Below are positions 55,634 through 64,000 of a stretch of DNA of 64,000 nucleotides, piece by piece. The stretch is from NCBI GenBank assembly GCA_951406725.2, contig OX597817.1, forward strand, positions 95,542,001 through 95,606,000. The letters run 5' to 3'. Origin of the DNA: Octopus vulgaris (Eukaryota). Below the pieces are notes generated by a model, which was given only the letters and a program-made list of their open reading frames with translations, was not told the origin of the DNA and did no database searches. The translations under genes were made by a program, and so were the position numbers. Positions within the stretch are counted from its first letter, which is position 1; each line of letters starts with the position of its first letter.

Positions 55634-55696
55634 GGATAACTGAAGAGATGGTGGTGTGGATTTCCACTTCGGCATCCGAAACTTAGAGTTTTATCT
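55634..55696 (+). ncRNA. Type I hammerhead downstream of the Naiad-type endonuclease
   Basis: GATAA-CTGAAGA-GATG..CATC-C-GAAA-CTTAGAG-TT-TTATC, on the same strand as the upstream EN. Confidence 0.7.
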
Positions 55697-55742
55697 TGGC
55701 TACCGAATAATTGTCACATTATATTTACAGATATATATATAT

Positions 55743-56143
<401 letters not shown>

Positions 56144-57406
56144 TATATGTACATATATCAAATAGAGATAAGGGAATAAGTTTATTCTCAAATGCAGGAT
56201 AATGTTAATAATAAAGCATGAACAGGATAAACTATCCATATTTTGCAGAAAAATCTGTCGTCGGCCGTCGTTGCCAGGCAATTTTTACAATAGAATGTCT
56301 TATATCAATTTATAATTATTCTATATCAGAGCATGCCTTCCTCGACAGATAGGCTTCTTAACCAGCACAGATTTGTGCAATTTTTCGCCAAAAAACTTCG
56401 TTGAGGATTTTTTTCCTTTCTAAATTATTTACATGTCTGTTCGACTGTTTGACATGACTTTATTCATTAAAACTTCAAAAGTTCTTACAACTTTGGTCGG
56501 TGTAATGCTTTGCTTTGGATTGTTTAGTAAAAATTCCTCATTCTAATGATTTTGCTTTCATTTCGTGATAGACGGCTATCATACAGAAAATGCCAGTTTC
56601 CAAATCCTGTAAAATTAATTAAACTTTAAAACTTAGTAACATTTTTCTGCAACTTTTCTGGGATAAATAAATAACAAAATCGGATTTAAAGTGGAAAACT
56701 ATTTCAATATACCAAATTTTGAAGTTTTGATGTAATTCTAAAATCTCACAATGTATGACAGCAACAGGAAGGATACTACAGAAGTAGAGAGACAGACGTG
56801 ACACACACAGATGTGACAAATAGGACGTGACACACACACACACACTTACAAATGTACACACAGCTAATCACGAGTTTAAAATGGTGTATAGTAGACATAT
56901 ATGAGCATGTATGTACGTACGTATGTGTGTGTGTGTGTGTATGAGTGTGTTTGTGTGTGTGGGTGGGTGTCTGTGTGAGTGTCGCTTTGTGATGGATAGC
57001 AGAAAAGCTACCTACTTTATCCCTCCTTAAAGCTTCGTATTCCTCATATCCCGCTTTCTGTATGTGTGTTGTATATATGTATTTACGAAAGTATGTATGC
57101 AATGTTTCATTTATATAACAGCTGTAGTAAAGTTAGCTTCCTATTGTCACCGCTGTTCTCGCTTTCACTGATATAAGTCACCCTCTCTTTGTTACTACCC
57201 TTCCTTCAGACTAATAATTTTTGCAACCTTCTCATTTTATCATGATTTCAGATTTTTATTGAAATTCAATTAGCCTATTATTGAACTGGATGTTATTGTA
57301 ACATCTATGCAAAGTTTTGTGAATATTGGTTCTCTGGTTTAGGCACTAATATGGTAATAGACAGGCAAAATATATATATGTGTGCGTGTGTGTATATGTA
57401 TGTGTG

Positions 57407-57438
<32 letters not shown>

Positions 57439-57469
57439 TATATATATATTTCTGTCCTTTTTTTATATA

Positions 57470-57542
<73 letters not shown>

Positions 57543-57546
<4 letters not shown>

Positions 57547-57700
57547 AGAGTTTACGAAAAAAACAAAAGACGAAGACGGGTGGTGTACAAAACAAACAGA
57601 AGTATTAGTATAACGCTCAGAAATAGAAAAAGTCTTTTACGTTTCGAGCCTACGCTCTTCTACAGAAAGGGACACAGAAAAAACAAGGACAAAAAAATAT
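57543..57700 (-). mobile_element. Penelope-type terminal fragment in (TA)n with a variant minimal hammerhead (57634-57669)
   Basis: CTTT-CTGTAGAA-GAGC-GTAG-GCTC-GAAAC-GTA-AAAG; a related copy is on + at 54221-54257. Confidence 0.55.
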
Positions 57701-57705
57701 ATATA

Positions 57706-57748
<43 letters not shown>

Positions 57749-57889
57749 AATGAAAGACGGAAATGGAATATACGAGAATTTATTATTGATCATTATATAT
57801 ATGTTTGTCGTCACTTCAACGTTGCTGTTCCCTTCGAACGGACGTTTAATAACTAGCTTCTTTGCTTTTGTATGTGTGTGTGTGTGTAT

Positions 57890-57940
<51 letters not shown>

Positions 57941-58812
57941 CGCGCACACACACGTATGCATATGCGCGCGCTGCCGCGTGTGTGAGATTCATGCCATATT
58001 TAATAGTTTGGTAAAAATTAAATTACAATGAGGAAACCTAACAAGATTGAAACATGTCCAGAATTCTCCCCGTACTTCTAATAAAGAGAATCAACCCATG
58101 TACTTTGCTTACATTCCATTATATATTAATTTAGGACTTGTGTTGTGTAACTTCTTGAAGAATAATAATGATTAAGCTAATGCATGTTTCGTTATAATTT
58201 TAATGAATTAAAATCTCTTGGCCCAATCTTGTGAGCACCGACCTTGCGATTTGCTTTTAAATGCAGATTGTATTCTTAGATGTTTTCTCACTATCTTTAA
58301 TTCCTGCAGTTTGTGATATTGAAAGGTCACTTGTAGAGTTCAAAATAAAATATACGAAAAAAAAAAAACAGTGAAAGAACACGTTAAAAACGGTCGAAAA
58401 GCCTCGCTCTAAATAAACTGCTGCATAACGTAAGCATACATTACTACCAGCGAGTCTGTTGATGCTAAATGTTAAAAACGTAATCATGTTGAAATGTCAG
58501 GTTTCAGTGAATATTCTATGTATTTTGTCGAGTAGTTATATAGCGGATCCTATAGACAGTAGGCGTCATTAATGTAAAGTAATATTTTTTGTCGTCTTAG
58601 AATTAGTAGTCGAGTGGACCTGTATAGTTTATGATAAATCTGATGTATATAAATATGTGTCCTCTATTTGTGGTAGCCGAATGAGATGGCAATGAATGTT
58701 TTTGTCTTATTGTTTTGTGTATTCTAGATAAATGTAAGCGCTTTTAAAATTGGCTGATAAAATACAAGTTTATGCACAAAGAGAATCACTGGAGTTAGAA
58801 GGTGCTATGTTC

Positions 58813-59572
58813 AGCCGGGCGAAATGCGTAGCCGTATTTCGTCTGCCGTTACGTTCTGAGTTCAAATTCCGCCGAGGTCGACTTTGCCTTTCATCCTTTC
58901 GGGGTCGATAAATTAAGTACTAGTTACGCACTGGGGTCAATGTAATCGACTGAATCCATTTGTCTGTCCTTGTTTGTTGCCCTCTGTGTTTAGCCCCTTG
59001 TGGGTAGTAAAGAAATAGAAATAGGCATTTCATCTGCCGCTACGTTCTGAGTTCAAATTCCGTCGAGGTCGACTTTGCTTTTTATCTTTTCGGGGTCGAT
59101 TAAATAAGCACCAGTTACGTACTTGGGTCGATATAATCGACTTAATCCCTTTGTCTGTCCTAGTTTGTCCACTCTATGTTTAGCCCCTTGTGGGTAGTAA
59201 AGAAATAGGTATTTCGTCTGCCGCTACGTTCTGAGTTCAAATTCCGCCGAGGTCAACTTTGCCTGTCATGCTTTCGGGGTCGATTAAATAAGTACCAGAT
59301 ACGCACTGGGGTCGATATAATCGACTTAATCCGTTTGTCTGTCCTTCTTTGTCCCCTTTGTGTGTAGCCCTTTGTGGGCAGTAAAGAAATAGGTATTTCG
59401 ACTGCCGCTATGTTCTGAGTTCAAATTCCGCCGAGGTCGCCTTAGCCTTTCATCCTTTCGGGGTCGACTAAATAAGTACCAGTTACGCACTGGGGTCGAT
59501 GTAATCGACTTAATCCCTTTGTCTGTCCTTGTTTGTCCCCTCTATGTTTAAACCTTTGTAAAGAAATAAGAA
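58813..59572 (+). mobile_element. Head-to-tail tetramer of family A SINE
   Basis: Four ~185-190-bp units joined at GAAATAGG|TATTTC. Confidence 0.9.
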
Positions 59573-61099
59573 AGTCCTATGTTTTGTAAAATGTAAATAT
59601 AGATTGAAGTTCACGAGAAAAAAACGGAGTTTTCTTTAACTCTGGGAATTTATAGATGTTAAATTTTCGGTTGTACTCTACATAGGGTAGGCAAACAGAG
59701 AAATAGTTTTCCAGACAATCGTTTAATGTTGTTCTTTTATAAAGTGTTTAGGATTTTATGTAAAGTTGCGAACGGGGATAACGGAGTTAAAAGCGATGCT
59801 GATATCAAAATTTCTCATTTTCAGTAGTTATATCTTAATAAGTTAACTAAATGTCTTTAACGATCCTGTTAAGAAATGAGTGTTTGCGTACAAACATACA
59901 TAGTAGATACATACATACATACATACATACATACATACATACAAAAATACCCTGTTGTTGATATTGAAATTCCAATGAAAGAGCCTTGGATCTAGGTTAG
60001 AAACCGGTTCTTTCTCTATTGGCAAGAAATCTTAAAATAAACTTGAAATAACATACATAAATACATACACACATACATATAGATAATAACACTCTTATCA
60101 TATTCATATATATGTATGTCCTTTGTATAGTCACGATCTGTTTGTGTTGGGTTGTCTTTTATGATATACTCGTATATATTTTGAGTACAGGACTTTCTCT
60201 ATTTTAAGAGGCCACTGCTACAGTATTCCTTGTTCTTTCCCACGATCGGAATATAATCTGATAATTGAATAAATTCGTTTTGGATATAGTTTTGATCAGG
60301 GTGTAATTGTTATGAGAATGTCGTGGATAATGATGAAGGTTTTCAATTTCATGGAAATGATTTAAAAACTGTAAACGAATTTATTTTGTTTGTCCTTCGG
60401 TTATGGATTTTAGGAGGAAAAATTAGGATGGGACTTCCCCGCTTCTCGTTCTCAGTTTAATTTTAAAGGTACTCAAAGAAGAAGGTTATAGTATCCATTA
60501 CTTTTGCAGATCTTTGAGACAAGAAACGGAAGTGGTAAATACCTATTCGAAACATCTGCAAGTCAACGAAGGCCGAAAATGTATAGTCCGAATGCTTGCA
60601 ATAATGTGAACTGTATTTATGATACTCAGGGGCCAGAGGCATGTTTTATGAATATTAGATGATACATACTAGTTACGCGTGGATTTAATCTCCAAGTTTT
60701 TGAACATATGTATCTATATTTAGGAGTCTTTATTCATGTCCAAACTTTACGCTGTATAGTTTGTATCGTTCACTGAAGTTTCATATGTGAATATTCTCAT
60801 CTTTTTACTGTTACACAATTCACTTTCAGAAATAAATCTGTTCTAATGTGAAGATGATAACGACTAATTTAGGGGAGATTTGGTTGTTTTTCTATAACAA
60901 AATCAAAAAGACGAAACAACCACACAAGGGTTCCTTCTTAACCCAGATTCTGTTTGTTTTATAATTTCTAGATAATAGGAATGTCCACATAAAAAGTATT
61001 TATACAAACGCATTTATACACGTACATTTGTGGATATACACATACACATACTCCTACACCTACTTCATCTTTTCCTCTTGAGTATGTACACATGGTGCG

Positions 61100-61102
61100 T
61101 GA

Positions 61103-61193
<91 letters not shown>

Positions 61194-61266
61194 ATAATAC
61201 AAACATACATATACATATACATACACACACACACACATATATATATACGTTTATATATACATCCAT

Positions 61267-61301
<35 letters not shown>

Positions 61302-61314
61302 CATGCATACATAC

Positions 61315-61358
<44 letters not shown>

Positions 61359-61362
61359 CAAC

Positions 61363-61393
<31 letters not shown>

Positions 61394-61400
61394 CATCCAT

Positions 61401-61449
<49 letters not shown>

Positions 61450-61451
61450 CA

Positions 61452-61517
<66 letters not shown>

Positions 61518-61518
61518 C

Positions 61519-61573
<55 letters not shown>

Positions 61574-61600
61574 CATATATATATATACATATATATACAC
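61100..61600. repeat. Long compound (TA)/(TACA) microsatellite field
   Basis: Directly visible. Confidence 0.95.
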
Positions 61601-62039
61601 GCACACACAAATATGAACATATATGCACACGCACAGAGGCATACACATACATACATAGATACATACATGCATGCATACATACACGCACTTATATTCACAC
61701 ATATTCATATGCACACATGTCTATATGCGTGTATGTGAGTCTATATAGTGATGTCTATGTGAGTATTTACGCGTATGTGTATGATTTAAATCATCTTAGT
61801 TATTTCGAGAGAAACGGTCATAATTATAGAAATATGTATATATAAATTATCACCCTAAAACATTTACAGATGCCTTTTACTGCCAATACCGATAAGCTGA
61901 CGCAGCTGGCACATTTTATTCACAAACAGACTGATACATCCAGAATTATGTACGTATACATGTATGTACTGAGCATATAAATATTTATATCTACGTATGC
62001 CCACACACATTTATGCATGCAAATACACACACACACACG

Positions 62040-62139
<100 letters not shown>

Positions 62140-62686
62140 GCACATTCATGAATACATATATATGCATACATACGCACTTACATGTATGTTCATGTGTATT
62201 TATTTGTGGGTTGGAACAAATATTATTTATGCGTATGCAAAGAAAAGGGTGTAAAAAGGTGTACGCCTGTCAATTTGTCTAACGAAAATTGTTATTATTA
62301 TCTTTTGACACGATATTTATTGAAAAAGGCCTTTTATTATAATCAATTATGCACATATTTCGCAAAGTAACAACAAATATCTTATATTTATACTGTAGCC
62401 CTCTGGGAAAACACAGAAAATTTTTTGTTTAGCTGAAACTATATATATATATATAAAAGAGATGTATCGGTCGGGAGTGGAACACGGACGGACTGCTTGA
62501 GAGGTAACCGCAGTGGATATTTTTTCTGATTTATTGATCCCTAGATGACTTACATGCTACCACATACTGCAAACTGTAACACAATAGGTCACCCACATCT
62601 CGTACCTTATAGCTGCTATCTCCGGCGGTGCGCTTTACGTAGTCCTCAAAGACTCAGCACGGATATAAATTATACATTTTATTACC

Positions 62687-63275
62687 ATGAGATTATATGA
62701 CCTAGAATATTCAACAAAGAATATCCCAACTCTACACGAGGATCCTGGAGGAGATGATTGACCGCGTCAGGTGAATGAGATGGAAAGCCTTTTTCTTCGA
62801 CCACCTACGGAAACAAATAATTTTGGACTGAAAACCAAGAAATTCCCAACTAAGATCAAAGAACTGGAGGCCTTTAAAAACGACCATTTTGATTTTGAAT
62901 CTCGCTTGAAGTTCCATAAGTCGTCTAACGCTTTCCATCATAAATTCAGAGCAGATATCCGTAAACTTAGATCTTTTCCCTATAAGACCAAAAGATCTAT
63001 ATAGAGTAAGTAACGATACGTATGCACAGATACTTAGCAATAGCAACACACAAACATACAGGAGGGCAGTACCCACAAGCTTATGAAAGCATTAACTGTG
63101 AGGCGAAAAATATAACAATCAAACTAGTATACAGGATAGGGGAGAGACACTGTGAAGAAAGAGGCCTTTACTACGATCAAAGACCTTAAGCTAAACTTTA
63201 CTTCTAATCTCCGGTATAGGCTGATAAATCCCGCGAAGTCTGAGATCGGGCGCGTGAACAAACAGCTTATTATAA
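62687..63275 (+). mobile_element. Penelope-like element (Naiad-type) N-terminal/RT-start pseudogene
   Basis: MRLYDLEYSTKNIP, FGLKT..P..ELEAF.ND and AFTTIKDLKLNF..RLINPAKSEIGRVNK; frameshifted. Confidence 0.8.
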
Positions 63276-63504
63276 AAACAGATCAGTCGCCATATTTTCT
63301 TCCATAACCTGCAACTCTGACGAGCCAGGGTTACATAATCGGGCTGTATTTAACATCCCGTTGAACTCCTAGTACGAAACCTATTGGTAAGATCAGCCGT
63401 AGTGGATATATAATACGGTACACCTCGATTAATATACCCAGTCTATTGACAAATATAGGAGTGCACATTTTTCTCTGATCTATAAATATATATATTACAT
63501 GGGA

Positions 63505-64000
63505 AAATGCGAGCATGAAAGTAATATTCTTAAGATTATAAACCTGGAAAAGTACAGAACAAGTCATTACACCTGTAAGAGTATAGGAAAAACTATTACT
63601 TCAAGTAAAGTAAAGAATAAGAAACTTTTTACTTAAAATATTACAGCAAAGATTGCCAGTTCTTCTAATTTATCACTCTTTACAGTTCTCATCTTTTAAA
63701 TTTATTGTACAAAACTGTTCAGCTAACTTGTAAGTTTGTCTAATTAGTCACTTTTTTGTATTTCAGGTAGTAAATTAGCCAAATTCTACTTAAATAATTA
63801 TAGTGTTATTTGTAAACTATAATAAAATATTTTTTAATATTCAAATTTTAATTTTAACTGCAATATTTTTTAGTAAAACGTTTCTTATTCTTTACTTTAT
63901 TTGAAGTAATTGTTTGTCCTATACTTTTACAGGTATAATAACTTGTCCTGTACTTTTCCAGGTTTATAATCTTAAGAATATTACTTTTATGCTCGCATTT
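63505..64000. mobile_element. Fold-back/MITE-like element with long imperfect inverted repeats (runs off the window)
   Basis: 63505-63648 pairs with the reverse complement of ~63858-64000. Confidence 0.75.

Noticed and set aside
58813-59572. Regularly spaced repeats as a CRISPR-like array
   Set aside because: Whole units are homologous SINE copies with no unique spacers, and the context is eukaryotic.
60328-60390. ATGATGA..GTAAAC decayed hammerhead
   Set aside because: Both core segments are mutated, so it cannot be distinguished from chance in AT-rich DNA.
60968-61845. Long YI/CV/HT-repeat ORFs here and throughout the window
   Set aside because: They are stop-free translations of dinucleotide and tetranucleotide repeats.

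Overview
Gene-free, AT-rich, microsatellite-dense eukaryotic DNA made almost entirely of transposable-element fragments. The SINE set and repeat landscape look like an Octopus/coleoid cephalopod genome (inference). No host protein-coding gene is supported, and most ORFs in the track are microsatellite translations. Recognisable elements: (TAA)n-targeted R4/Dong-clade RLE retrotransposons (a young 5'-truncated copy at 4.7-6.2 kb and a co-oriented pile at 26.7-32.2 kb); Tx1/L1-, RTE-, CR1/L2- and Hero-like LINE remnants; Penelope-like elements (Neptune-type RT+GIY-YIG and Naiad-type RT and EN fragments); mariner, Tc1/maT and piggyBac remnants; a head-to-tail Helitron cluster; and three tRNA-derived SINE families plus a 3' fragment of a fourth. 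The most notable signal is a set of type I hammerhead ribozymes (HHR). Two non-coding partial-tandem elements (583-nt and 493-nt units at 23.9-24.9 and 34.9-35.6 kb) abut (TA)n tracts. Each carries a complete HHR with a long helix II and a palindromic helix III. They share short motifs and a co-varying hairpin despite otherwise unalignable sequence, which suggests a retrozyme-like or non-autonomous Penelope family. All structures were read by eye and have not been computed or searched.
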